Positions 45,525 through 55,208 of a DNA stretch of 61,725 nt are shown here, in pieces. Below the pieces are notes generated by a model, which saw only the letters and a program-made list of their open reading frames with translations, was not told the DNA's origin and did not search any database. The stretch lies in NCBI GenBank assembly GCA_041687495.1, contig JAWLBR010000006.1, forward strand, positions 1 to 61,725, in the 5' to 3' direction. The position numbers and the translations under genes were made by a program. Source of the stretch: Limnochordia bacterium (GTDB lineage Bacteria > Bacillota > Limnochordia > DTU087 > JAAYGB01). Position 1 is the first letter of the stretch. Each line of letters opens with the position of its first letter.

Positions 45525-47370
45525 GGGTGGATTGTGGTGCCTGCTGCTGTTGATCGCAATCTCAACGCCCATCCTTCTGACCATTGGGCAGAGGTTAGTT
45601 CTAGAGAAAGCTAACTCAACCGTTGGGATTCTCGTCGATCTAGAGGACGTGCAGCAGTTGGCGCAGCTGAGCGGATGCTCGGAGGCGGAGCTGCTGGCAG
45701 AGTTTAGGCGGCAGGGAGCCAACGGCATTGTGCTCTCTCCCTTGGCAGAGCTGCCGGCGCAGCTTGACGGGTACCAGATGATTGTCCCACACTTTGACCT
45801 ATCTGAGCTGGATCCCCTTCAGTCTGCAGCCCGGGGTTTGCTTCCTAGTCAGTTTGGGTCATGGGTAGACGACATTCAAGCTGGGAACAGTGGGCTTACA
45901 GTGCCCTTGGCTGTGTTCAGTACCGAGGAGAGCGGTCCGGTCCAGGCCTTTAGCGCGGGGCAAAATGCTTCCCTTGAGGCCTATGAGTTGCAGAGGCAAG
46001 CTCTTCAGCAATGGAGTTCCCAGCTGCGAGCTGAGGGGCTGCACTTGGGCAGAGTCGAGTTTGCCGATGTTCCCGGTGAGCAGATGGCGGCTACGGCCAT
46101 GCAGGCCGACATTACCCGGGTTCATACCATTCCTGCCCGGGAGGTACGGGTGTACTCATTGGCAAAGTCGGCAGAGAGGTATGTTCGGGCTGTGCGAGAG
46201 CGGGGATACCGGGCGCTATGGATTCGCCTCATTCTACCTCCGACTAGCCCGGCCGAGGGGCCATCAGGCCTAGTCCCCGAACGACCAGAGGACATGGTTA
46301 AGGTTAATTCCAGGTTGGTGGCGCAGGCGGTAGAGCTAATCTCTGGCGCCGGGTATGATCTCGGCGTGCCAAGTTCCATCCCTGTTTGGTCCAACGGGCG
46401 TTGGGGGTTAGGTGCGGCTATTCTAGCTGTGTCAGTGGCTTGTGCACTGCTGCTGACCTCAGTGGGAGTGGGCCGCAGACTGGCGGCAGCCTTAGCGGCA
46501 GTGCCTGGCGTCGGGCTTGCGCTGCTGGCCTGGCTTCACCCCACTTTGGGGCGGCAGGCGGTGGCGTTCTCAGCGGCCAATGTCTTCCCGGCGCTGGCAA
46601 TCACCCCGGCAATTACCGGGAAGAGGTTTCAGGTGGGAAACGGTAACCTCGGTTCAGTGTTGGCTGCCTTTGCCCAAACGGTGGGAGTTGCTGTACTTGG
46701 CGGGATTACAGTGGCCGCGGCCTTGGGGGACTACCGGTTCATGCTGAAGACCGAGCAGTTCTTAGGCGTCAAAGCCTCTCTGCTGCTGCCGCTTGTGTGG
46801 GCGGCGATGGTGGTGGCGTTGTGGGATGTGCCTGGGGGTAAGATGTGCTGGCCGTCGGCAGCACGGGCTCGCCAATTGCTGACCTCTCTGCCACGTCGAA
46901 TGAGTTGGCGGGGAGCTGTTCTTGCTGGCATAGGTCTAGCTGCGGCTGGACTGTACCTTGCCCGTTCAGCTAACTTTGTAGTGCCGGTGCCAGAGTTTGA
47001 ACTGTGGCTGCGGACTACCTTGGAGCGGATGTTGATAGCTAGGCCGAGAACTAAGGAATTCCTGCTGGGACACCCGGTGCTTTTGCTCGGGTTCTACCTT
47101 GTCCGCTCCAGGCTGAGTGTGCCGTTGGGCCGGGTCTTGACAGTAGTGGGCACGGTGGCAGCTGTTTCGATTGTGAACACCTTCAGTCACATCCACAGTC
47201 CCCTCGTTCTGGCTTTCCTACGCACCGCTTACGGCGCTGCACTGGGAATGGTGCTGGGCCTTGCTCTAGTCGCCGGTGCCTGGGTCTTGGGCCGAAGCGG
47301 TTTCTTTGGACCAGCTGCACAGGGTGAGGGAATTGGCCTAGGTCGTCCTGGCAGAGGGGCGGGGCTGTAA
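45514..47370 (+). CDS. DUF5693 family membrane protein
   Basis: Extracellular RVH and R..RAV.ER..R motifs; TM domain with F.GVK..L..P, RPRTKEFLLGHP, S.VNTF.H.H.P; GTG start overlapping the upstream stop. Confidence 0.8.
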   Translation: MRSKGGLWCLLLLIAISTPILLTIGQRLVLEKANSTVGILVDLEDVQQLAQLSGCSEAELLAEFRRQGANGIVLSPLAELPAQLDGYQMIVPHFDLSELDPLQSAARGLLPSQFGSWVDDIQAGNSGLTVPLAVFSTEESGPVQAFSAGQNASLEAYELQRQALQQWSSQLRAEGLHLGRVEFADVPGEQMAATAMQADITRVHTIPAREVRVYSLAKSAERYVRAVRERGYRALWIRLILPPTSPAEGPSGLVPERPEDMVKVNSRLVAQAVELISGAGYDLGVPSSIPVWSNGRWGLGAAILAVSVACALLLTSVGVGRRLAAALAAVPGVGLALLAWLHPTLGRQAVAFSAANVFPALAITPAITGKRFQVGNGNLGSVLAAFAQTVGVAVLGGITVAAALGDYRFMLKTEQFLGVKASLLLPLVWAAMVVALWDVPGGKMCWPSAARARQLLTSLPRRMSWRGAVLAGIGLAAAGLYLARSANFVVPVPEFELWLRTTLERMLIARPRTKEFLLGHPVLLLGFYLVRSRLSVPLGRVLTVVGTVAAVSIVNTFSHIHSPLVLAFLRTAYGAALGMVLGLALVAGAWVLGRSGFFGPAAQGEGIGLGRPGRGAGL

Positions 47371-48482
47371 TGCATGTGGTTATCTCCGGTTACTACGGTT
47401 TTGGCAATCTAGGCGACGAAGCGGTCCTGACGGCGCTGGTCCGCAGGCTCCCAGAAGTCCTACCGGGAGTTGAGATCACCGTCCTGTCCGCCAGCCCCGA
47501 GCAGACGGCCCGGCAGCTGGCGGTTGCTGCTGTTGCGCGCATGTCTCCGTGGGCCGTGGTGAGAGCCATCTGGCACAGCCAAGGTGTGATTAGCGGCGGA
47601 GGGTCGCTGCTGCAGGACTCAACCAGTTGGCTTAGTCCCTGGTATTATCTAGCCGTAATGTGGCTGGCTATTGCTTTGCGGCGCCCACTGGTTGTCATCG
47701 GACAGGGGATCGGCCCAGTGGGCAATGGCGTCACCCGCAGAGCTATCGCCTGGACCATGGACAGGGCGGCAGTCTGCAACGTTCGGGACGAGCAATCGCG
47801 CCGGGAGCTGATGCGCTGGGGAGTCCGGCGGCCCATCAGCGTCACCCAAGACTTGGCACTACTGCTATCCACAGATGGCGAGCAGTCACCCCGAAAGTCG
47901 GCTGGTATGCAGCAGGCGCCACGGAACGGACGACCCGTATTGGCTGTAAATCTGCGGCCCTGGCCTGGTGTGGACGAGAGGATTGTAGATACCGCTGCCG
48001 TGTGCGATCAGGCAGTAGAGCGCCTAGGCGCGGACGTGATTTTCATTCCGATGCAGGACACCGATGTTCCCTTGGGGCACCGACTGCAGGAGCGGATGCG
48101 GCACGGACTTCGGGTTGCCGATGTGCCCACATCACCGGATGAACTACTGTCAACCCTGCAGGGGGCACGGACGATCTTGGCCATGCGTTTGCACCTTTTG
48201 ATCTTCGCTTTGGCTGCCCGGCGCTCATTTGTGGGATTATGCTATGACCCCAAGGTGGAGGCGTTTGCCGCGGGTCTCAAGGCGGCGGGATGCAGCGGCG
48301 ATGCGTATGCCGCTTTGCCGTGGGAGCAGGTAAATACTGCGGGCATGTGGAAGCATCTGGTGGCTGCCTGGGAAGCGGACAATCTTGCTCCCAAGGTAAG
48401 GCAGCAGATGCTTGATCTAGCTTGGCAGGGATTGCTGCAGGCGGCCTGGGGGCTGCAATCAGGGTGGCCTAAAGGTGGGTAA
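47370..48482 (+). CDS. csaB: Polysaccharide pyruvyl transferase CsaB
   Basis: ISGYYGFGNLGDEA.L, SGGGSLLQD.TS..S..YY, QGIGP, VRD..S, MRLH..I, YDPKV. Confidence 0.92.
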   Translation: MHVVISGYYGFGNLGDEAVLTALVRRLPEVLPGVEITVLSASPEQTARQLAVAAVARMSPWAVVRAIWHSQGVISGGGSLLQDSTSWLSPWYYLAVMWLAIALRRPLVVIGQGIGPVGNGVTRRAIAWTMDRAAVCNVRDEQSRRELMRWGVRRPISVTQDLALLLSTDGEQSPRKSAGMQQAPRNGRPVLAVNLRPWPGVDERIVDTAAVCDQAVERLGADVIFIPMQDTDVPLGHRLQERMRHGLRVADVPTSPDELLSTLQGARTILAMRLHLLIFALAARRSFVGLCYDPKVEAFAAGLKAAGCSGDAYAALPWEQVNTAGMWKHLVAAWEADNLAPKVRQQMLDLAWQGLLQAAWGLQSGWPKGG

Positions 48483-48485
48483 ACA

Positions 48486-49250
48486 GTGGTGGTTGGTAAG
48501 GTAGACAGCGGATTTGGACCAAAAGATACGAAGGTCTTAGGTGTGAGGGTAGACAGGATCAGCTTCGCCGGTGTGGTTGAGTGGGTCGGTGAACGGATCC
48601 GGCGGCAGGAGCAAGCGATGGTGGTTACGGCCAACGCCGAGCTGGTTGTGCAGGCGGTGGAAAGTCCTCAAGTGGGGAGACTAGTTGGAGAGGCAGACCT
48701 GGTGGTACCTGACGGAGTTGGGGTGTTGTGGGCCGGCGTCATCGGCGGTGTGCCCTTTCCGGAGCGGGTAGCTGGCGTCGAGCTGATGGAGGCTCTGGTA
48801 GCGAGAGCTCCCAAAGAGGGTTGGCGGGTTGCCCTCTACGGTGGTCGCCCCGGTGTAGCCCAGGAAGCTGCGGAAAGGCTTAGACAGCGATACCCGGGAT
48901 TGGACGTCTCTGGGTGCTATCACGGTTACCTTGACTCAGAGGAAGAACAGGAGATGCTGGAGCAGCTGCGGCAGCAGCGGCCGAATTTGCTGTTTGTAGC
49001 CCTGGGAGCGCCCCGGCAAGAAAACTGGATTTCTTCCCGGCGAGCCCAGCTGCCGGAACTGGTGGCCATCGGGGTAGGCGGCAGCTTCGATGTCTTCGCG
49101 CAGCGATTGAAGCGGGCCCCGAAGTGGATGACAAGAATGGGCTTAGAATGGTTGTTTCGCCTTGTGCAGGAGCCAAGTCGGCTGCCCCGGATGCTGGCGC
49201 TACCTCGGTTTGTGTATCTGGTCCTAAAGGAGAAACTGCTGCGGCACTAA
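48486..49250 (+). CDS. tagA: WecB/TagA/CpsF glycosyltransferase (ManNAc transferase)
   Basis: VTANAE, DG.GV, ERV.G, HGY, VALGAP.QE.WI, GVGGSFD, RAP..M...GLEW..RL..EP.R. Confidence 0.88.
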   Translation: MVVGKVDSGFGPKDTKVLGVRVDRISFAGVVEWVGERIRRQEQAMVVTANAELVVQAVESPQVGRLVGEADLVVPDGVGVLWAGVIGGVPFPERVAGVELMEALVARAPKEGWRVALYGGRPGVAQEAAERLRQRYPGLDVSGCYHGYLDSEEEQEMLEQLRQQRPNLLFVALGAPRQENWISSRRAQLPELVAIGVGGSFDVFAQRLKRAPKWMTRMGLEWLFRLVQEPSRLPRMLALPRFVYLVLKEKLLRH

Positions 49251-49264
49251 AGGTGGTGGGCACG

Positions 49265-50134
49265 ATGGGCAAGTGGCGGGAACAAATAGTTACATACGCT
49301 CTGATTCTTTTTGGTGTTTTCATAACGGCGCTAGCTCTGGATTGGTTCTTGGTGCCGAATAAGATTGCTGCCGGTGGTGTCAGCGGCCTTGCCACGGTAA
49401 TCTACCACATCTTTGGCCTCCCGGTTGGAGCCACGATGCTGGTCATTAACATCCCTTTGTTTCTTATTGCTCTGCGGGTGCTGGGCCGCACCTTTGGCGT
49501 TAGGTCCTTAGTGGGCAGTGTGGCGTTATCGGTATTAGTTGACGCTCTCAGCCATGTGCTGGAACCCTTGACCCTAGACCCCTTGTTGGCTTCCATATAC
49601 GGAGGAGCTTTGGCGGGTGTGGGCATGGGATTGACCATCCGCCACGGCGGATCCACTGGCGGTACCGATCTGGCCGCTTTAGTGGTCAACCGTCTGTTCC
49701 ATACCAGCGTCGGGATGTCGCTTCTAGCTATTGATGCTGCAGTGATACTGTTGGCCGGGCTAGTGTTTAACCCCGAGCTTGGCCTGTATGCTTTGCTTTC
49801 CCTCTTTTTGACCACCAAGGCCATCGACCTAATTCAAGAAGGACAGGTGTTTGCCAAAGCTGCCTATATTATTTCTAACTCACCTGAGGAGATCTCTCAG
49901 GCGGTGCTGAAGGAACTGGACCGGGGTGTCACTGGGCTGAAGGGGATTGGGAAATACACCGGAGCTGAGCGGGAGGTTCTATTTGTCATTGTCTCTCGGC
50001 CCGAGATCTCCATCCTGAAGGAGATTGTCAGCCGCATCGACCCCAAAGCCTTCATTGTGATCAGCGATGCCCACGAGGTGCTGGGTGAAGGGTTCAGAGG
50101 CTTGCCAGTGCAGGAACCATCTGCGCAGAAGTGA
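49265..50134 (+). CDS. YitT family membrane protein
   Basis: FLVPNKIAAGGVSG, NIPLF, GGSTGGTD, RGVT..G.G.YT, DP.AF..I.DA.EVLGEGF. Confidence 0.9.
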   Translation: MGKWREQIVTYALILFGVFITALALDWFLVPNKIAAGGVSGLATVIYHIFGLPVGATMLVINIPLFLIALRVLGRTFGVRSLVGSVALSVLVDALSHVLEPLTLDPLLASIYGGALAGVGMGLTIRHGGSTGGTDLAALVVNRLFHTSVGMSLLAIDAAVILLAGLVFNPELGLYALLSLFLTTKAIDLIQEGQVFAKAAYIISNSPEEISQAVLKELDRGVTGLKGIGKYTGAEREVLFVIVSRPEISILKEIVSRIDPKAFIVISDAHEVLGEGFRGLPVQEPSAQK

Positions 50135-50384
50135 CCTCCACTGTGCCAATGAAATGGAGAACTGTGTGGAAACGAGCTCGCCTTTGTGGCGGGCTTTAGT
50201 GTTGTGGGCACGGGTAGCTGGTTCTTGCAATTTGTCGGCGGTTGCACCTTGCTGTGTGGTTACGATATAATGGACAAGTATCAGTAGCGGCAATTATGGA
50301 AGTGCATATTGAGTTTTGCATTGGCATATACACAAATATACGCCGTGTGGCCATCTAGACGTTAAAGAAAGTTGGTGGACAGTT

Positions 50385-51623
50385 TTGAGCAAGCAGCAGC
50401 GGGTTGCAGCAGCTTTTCTCCTCCTTGCCGTATTTGTGGCGGCAGTCGGGCTTGGCCTTTGGGTCAGTGAAGCTCGCACCAACCTCTCGGAATACGATGA
50501 TATGCGGACTGTTCTTGAAGTCATTGCAGTGGTGAAACGCAATTATGTGGAAGATGTCAGCGTACTAGATCTGCTGCGGGGGTACGTGAAACACGGCACC
50601 GTCAACGGTATGCTGTCTGTCCTTGAAGACCCCTATACCCGGTATCTGCCACCCCATGCCTACCAGCAGATGAAGTTGGACTCCCAAGGCGAGTTTGACG
50701 GGATCGGTATCGTGGTGGGCCTGCGGGAAGAGCAGCTGACGATTGTCGGCCCCATCGAGGGAACTCCCGGTTTTCGGGCGGGCCTGCGGGGTGGAGACAA
50801 GATCATGGCCATTGACGATCGTTCCACGGTGAACATGTCTCTAGACGAGGCTGTCAGCCTGATGCGGGGCCCGGCCGGCACCGAGGTGACGTTGACCATC
50901 GAGAAAGACAAGACCGGTGAGACGGTGCAAGTCCCGATTGAGCGGGCCAATGTGAAGGTGAAGAGTGTAACCAAGACCGCATTCCTCGGAGACGGGATTG
51001 GGTACGTGCGTCTAGCTAGCTTCACAGAAAAGAGTGCTGAGGAACTGGACGCAGCTCTAGAGGATCTGGAAAGAAAAGGGCTGGATGGCCTGATTCTAGA
51101 CTTACGGGGGAACCCCGGTGGCCTCATGGATACTGCAGTCAAGGTCGCTGATCTGTTTGTTTCGGAGGGTCCGGTGCTCCATGTGGTCCCTAGACCTGAT
51201 GTCGATAAACCTGTCACCTTCTATGCCACGGAAGAGACGACTCATCCGAATCTGCCGATGGTTGTCCTGGTGGACCAGTACAGCGCCAGTGCTTCGGAGA
51301 TCGTATCTGGTGCTTTGAAGGATACCGGTAGGGCTACGCTGGTGGGTGTGAAAACCTTTGGTAAAGGGCTTGTACAGCAGGTCGTGCCTCTACGGGGCGG
51401 GGATGCAATCACCGTTACCATGGCCCGCTACCAGACCGCTGGCGAACACGATATCCATGGAAGCGGGATTGAACCGGATGTGGTGGTCGAACTACCTGAA
51501 GGGGAAGACCCACCGTACTTTGCAATTTCCGAACACTCAACGGAAGATATCGATAAACTGGTGAACCTGGATCAGGACCCGCAGCTGCGCAAGGCAAAAG
51601 ACATCCTCAGTCAGCAGCTGTAG
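50385..51623 (+). CDS. S41 carboxy-terminal processing protease (CtpA/CtpB) with PDZ domain
   Basis: DPYT.Y, F.GIGI, LILDLR.NPGG, SASASEI (catalytic Ser), TFGKG (catalytic Lys), GI.PD; SigA-like TTGCAC-N18-TATAAT at 50242-50271. Confidence 0.92.
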   Translation: MSKQQRVAAAFLLLAVFVAAVGLGLWVSEARTNLSEYDDMRTVLEVIAVVKRNYVEDVSVLDLLRGYVKHGTVNGMLSVLEDPYTRYLPPHAYQQMKLDSQGEFDGIGIVVGLREEQLTIVGPIEGTPGFRAGLRGGDKIMAIDDRSTVNMSLDEAVSLMRGPAGTEVTLTIEKDKTGETVQVPIERANVKVKSVTKTAFLGDGIGYVRLASFTEKSAEELDAALEDLERKGLDGLILDLRGNPGGLMDTAVKVADLFVSEGPVLHVVPRPDVDKPVTFYATEETTHPNLPMVVLVDQYSASASEIVSGALKDTGRATLVGVKTFGKGLVQQVVPLRGGDAITVTMARYQTAGEHDIHGSGIEPDVVVELPEGEDPPYFAISEHSTEDIDKLVNLDQDPQLRKAKDILSQQL

Positions 51624-51650
51624 CGGCACCTGCGGTGGGGGGAGTGACAC

Positions 51651-52889
51651 ATGCCCTGGCTGGAACTGTTTAGGTTACTGGGGCGGGCATTTATCCAATC
51701 GGTAACTCAACTTGACTACCTGATGATTTTTGCAGTGGTCCTGTTTCTCGTACATGGACAGTATGTGAGACAGGCCCTGCTCCAGGAACAGCTTTTTGGG
51801 ATCCGGCTGACCAGTCCAGGGAAGCAGACGGCGGTCGCCACATTCTACGGCCTAGGCGGTGGGATGCTGGCTACCGCCATCTTTGTCGTATTAGGGTTTT
51901 CCCTGACCGAGACGGGAATCTGGTACGTCTGGCCGTTGGCCCTGGTCTTGATGTTGGTTCGCCAGCGGTTTCTTTGCTTCGCGTACTCGGGAGGACTGGT
52001 GGGACTGTCCAGCTTATTGTTTGGCTGGCCAAAGGTCCATGTCCCGGCCCTGCTGGGGCTTATTGCGGCTCTGCATCTAGTGGAGTCTGTGCTCATCTGG
52101 GCCCACGGATCAGATCAGGCATGTCCCATCTATACCCGCACCAGAGATGGGCGGGTGGTGGGCGCATTTAGCCTTGCCAAGTTTTGGCCGTTGCCTGTAC
52201 TAGCTCTGGTGGCGGTGGGCTGGTCCGGTGAACCGGACACTAGTTTGCTCAATATGCCCGCTTGGTGGCCGCTGCTGCCAGGGCCGGCAGCAAAGATGCT
52301 GGGCTCCGGTCTCGTGTATACCCTCTTTCCCATTGTGGCTGCTTTGGGTTACGGAGATATCGCGGTGACTAGCAGTCCTGAACAGAAGGCCAACAGATCG
52401 GCCGCTAGACTTTTCGCCTTCAGTGTCTCACTGATGGCGGTGGCCTTGCTGGCAAATAGGTACCCTGCTTTAGCTTTTGCTGGAGTGGTTCTGTCGCCGC
52501 TCGGGCACGACTTTGTCATCTACTTGGGTCGCCGACAGGAAATCCAAGGACAGCCTCTGTATGAAGCCGGGCAGCATCCGGTGGTACTGACGGTGCTGCC
52601 AGGTTCACCGGCGGCAAAGATGAAGCTGATGCCGGGCGATGAGATCCTCGCCGTTAATGGCCGCCCAGTTTATCGACGGGAAGACGTCGGTGAAGCCATT
52701 GCTCCTTGGGCTTTCGAGGTGGAGATATATCTGAGGCGTTCGGGCCGGGTTGTCACCGCCACCCATACGGGCCAAGTGCCTCCGGTAGGGATCATCTTCG
52801 CCCCTGAGGGCCGGGAAGCCGGATATGTGCCTGTGTTTGGGTCGGAAGCATCGCTCTTGCGGCGACTGTGGCGGAGATTGAGAAAATAG
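51651..52889 (+). CDS. Multi-TM PDZ protein, MinJ/YvjD-like
   Basis: RFLCFAY.GG, LH.VES.L, VG.F...FWP.P, C-terminal PDZ SPA.KM.L.PGD.I..VNG; located after the S41 protease as minJ is in Bacillus. Confidence 0.78.
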   Translation: MPWLELFRLLGRAFIQSVTQLDYLMIFAVVLFLVHGQYVRQALLQEQLFGIRLTSPGKQTAVATFYGLGGGMLATAIFVVLGFSLTETGIWYVWPLALVLMLVRQRFLCFAYSGGLVGLSSLLFGWPKVHVPALLGLIAALHLVESVLIWAHGSDQACPIYTRTRDGRVVGAFSLAKFWPLPVLALVAVGWSGEPDTSLLNMPAWWPLLPGPAAKMLGSGLVYTLFPIVAALGYGDIAVTSSPEQKANRSAARLFAFSVSLMAVALLANRYPALAFAGVVLSPLGHDFVIYLGRRQEIQGQPLYEAGQHPVVLTVLPGSPAAKMKLMPGDEILAVNGRPVYRREDVGEAIAPWAFEVEIYLRRSGRVVTATHTGQVPPVGIIFAPEGREAGYVPVFGSEASLLRRLWRRLRK

Positions 52890-52923
52890 TCTTGACAAAT
52901 ACGCAGGGGAGGGGAGTAGTCTC

Positions 52924-54060
52924 ATGTGGACGCCTTATAAAAAACAAGAGAAACCTGAACTAATGATAGTAGTTATTGCCCTAATTGTCTGGGCTGGGCT
53001 CGTTTTGCATTCTCCCCTTGGGCCATTCACTCACAACAGTGGGACCGATGCAGTGCCAAGCGAGACTGACGAGTCCGTGGTGGCCTACAATCCAAACAAT
53101 TTGCGGCGGGTCCCGGCCAGTTCGTCGGAGAGCTCTGTGCTCTGGCAGGAGCGGGGAGTGCTGTTGTCCAGTCATGCCTTGTTGCCTACATTTACTTTGG
53201 GTGAGTTGCCATCGGCGTTAGGCAGCGGGGTCAAGCCGGGATCAGCGGAGACAATTCTTGGACGCATCGAGCTCACCCCGTGGGCGGAGGAGATGCCGCC
53301 GGTGCAAGATGGGCCGAAGCTGGCTTTCATCATCGACGACTGGGGGCATCGCTGGGAGGCGGCTGAGGGTTTTCTCCAACTGGAAGTGCCGATGACCTAC
53401 GCTGTACTGCCATTTCTGGTCAACACAGGTGAGCATGCGCGCCGGGCAGCCGAGGCTGGCTTTGAGGTGATTTTGCACTTACCGATGGAGCCCTCCGGCA
53501 GCATCAGTCCCGGTGAAGGGGCGATCTTGACTGCTTTGAGCGAGGATACTATCCGCTCCCGGGTGAGCGCAGCCCTGGCCGCCGTTCCGCAGGCAGTTGG
53601 TGTCAACAACCACATGGGCTCACGGGCGACCGAGGATGCTCGGGTGATGCGCACCGTACTGGAAGAGCTGCAGTCACAAGGGTTGTTCTTTGTGGACAGC
53701 CACACCTCCGCTCGGACGGTGGCACCGCAGGTAGCATCTCAGCTGGGGGTCCCTTTTGCCCAGAACAAGGTGTTTATCGACAACGAAAACGATGTGGACT
53801 ATGTGAAGCAGCGTATCTGGCTTGCAGTCGAAATGGCCGAGTCGGCTGGTTCGGCGGTGGCCATCGGGCATGTGAAGACTGCCACGCTGCAAGCTCTACA
53901 GGAATTGATCCCGCAGCTGAGGGAGCGGGGAATTAAGCTGGTCACTGCCAGCAATTTGCTGACTCAAGCACGGCCGGGCACGGGAAGTCTTCCTGATAGC
54001 CAAGGGGAGCGGGGACAAGCTCGAGTCGACCAGGTTGAGAAAAAAGAGCGCCGTGAGTGA
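52924..54060 (+). CDS. Divergent polysaccharide deacetylase (YibQ family)
   Basis: AFIIDD.G, TYAVLP, ILHLPMEP, GVNNHMGS, FVDS.T, VFIDN, AIGH. Confidence 0.9.
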   Translation: MWTPYKKQEKPELMIVVIALIVWAGLVLHSPLGPFTHNSGTDAVPSETDESVVAYNPNNLRRVPASSSESSVLWQERGVLLSSHALLPTFTLGELPSALGSGVKPGSAETILGRIELTPWAEEMPPVQDGPKLAFIIDDWGHRWEAAEGFLQLEVPMTYAVLPFLVNTGEHARRAAEAGFEVILHLPMEPSGSISPGEGAILTALSEDTIRSRVSAALAAVPQAVGVNNHMGSRATEDARVMRTVLEELQSQGLFFVDSHTSARTVAPQVASQLGVPFAQNKVFIDNENDVDYVKQRIWLAVEMAESAGSAVAIGHVKTATLQALQELIPQLRERGIKLVTASNLLTQARPGTGSLPDSQGERGQARVDQVEKKERRE

Positions 54061-54072
54061 GTGCCGCTAGGG

Positions 54073-54102
54073 TCATACCGGACTACCTCTTGCCCCATAC
54101 TA
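54073..54102 (+). promoter_or_regulatory. SigG/SigE-like sporulation promoter
   Basis: TCATA-N18-CATACTA upstream of an AAGGAGG RBS. Confidence 0.5.
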
Positions 54103-54122
54103 CGGGAAAGGAGGTTAGTTCG

Positions 54123-55004
54123 ATGGATGACTTAGAAGGAACGATGCAGACCAGCACCCCAGCGCAGCGGGCCGTAATGGAGGCTTTGGGAGCCGTTCAG
54201 GACTTAACTGAGAACACTACGACGGTGGAAGAAGCCGCCTCGGGTGTTTGGTGTATGAAGCTAGTTTTGGCGAACCTCTGCTTTGTCCGCACCGGGGCCG
54301 ACACATCCGACAGTTGGATTCTGGTTGACGCTGGGCTACCCGGGGCGGCACGGCATATTCAGGCAGCCGCAACTCAGCTGTTTGGAGAGGGTAGCCGTCC
54401 ACAGGCTATTATCCTCACCCACGGGCATTTTGACCACGTAGGCTCGGTAATTGATTTGGCCAAGCGTTGGGACGTTCCGGTCTACGCCCATGAAAAGGAG
54501 CTGCCATATCTTCAGGGGGAGGCCGACTACCCTCCGGGGGACCCAACAGTGAGTCCTGGGATGTTGGCTAAGCTGTCGCCCCTGTACCCGAATAAAGGCA
54601 TAGACTTGGGCAGTTTGGTCCAACCGCTCCCGGGACAATCGCGGGTTCCCTTTGCCGATGACTGGCAGTGGATCCATACCCCGGGGCATACTCCCGGGCA
54701 CATCTCGCTGCTTCGGGAGATCGACGGCGTCTTGATTGCTGGAGATGCCTTCACCACTACTGCCCAAGAGTCGGCCCTGTCAGTGGCCACCCAGCAGCAA
54801 GAGGTGCACAGCCCTCCCAAGTACTTTACCCCGGACTGGTCCGCGGCCCGGGACTCTGTGCGGCACCTAGCGTCTTTGCATCCGCAGGTCGCGGTGACAG
54901 GCCACGGTGAGCCGATGAAGGGTGAGGAGTTGGCGAATCAACTGAAGCGCCTAGCAGATTATTTTTCGAGTTTAGCTGTCCCGAGTCAGGGTAGATACGT
55001 ATAG
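54123..55004 (+). CDS. MBL-fold metallo-hydrolase
   Basis: LVDAG, THGHFDH, HTPGHTPGH, AGDA, TGHG; start at the ATG after AAGGAGG. Confidence 0.92.
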   Translation: MDDLEGTMQTSTPAQRAVMEALGAVQDLTENTTTVEEAASGVWCMKLVLANLCFVRTGADTSDSWILVDAGLPGAARHIQAAATQLFGEGSRPQAIILTHGHFDHVGSVIDLAKRWDVPVYAHEKELPYLQGEADYPPGDPTVSPGMLAKLSPLYPNKGIDLGSLVQPLPGQSRVPFADDWQWIHTPGHTPGHISLLREIDGVLIAGDAFTTTAQESALSVATQQQEVHSPPKYFTPDWSAARDSVRHLASLHPQVAVTGHGEPMKGEELANQLKRLADYFSSLAVPSQGRYV

Positions 55005-55091
55005 CCTTAGGGTAAGACTAGGTAGTTCGTAGTGCCACAGAATGCTCCGCTTGGTGTCAAGTGGATTCTGTGGCAATCCCGCGCGAGGTTC

Positions 55092-55135
55092 TTGCATATC
55101 CGATGAGAATTGGGTAGAATAGGAATGCGTGTTCG
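55092..55135 (+). promoter_or_regulatory. SigA promoter with LexA (SOS) box for uvrBAC
   Basis: TTGCAT-N17-TAGAAT, then GGAATGCGTGTTCG (55122-55135), close to the Firmicutes CGAAC-N4-GTTCG box. Confidence 0.75.
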
Positions 55136-55208
55136 TAGTTAACCTATGCTATGGGTTCATTCAAGGTCATAGCTACTGCATACTCGGTCTTTGGGAAGGA
55201 TGGCTAGG

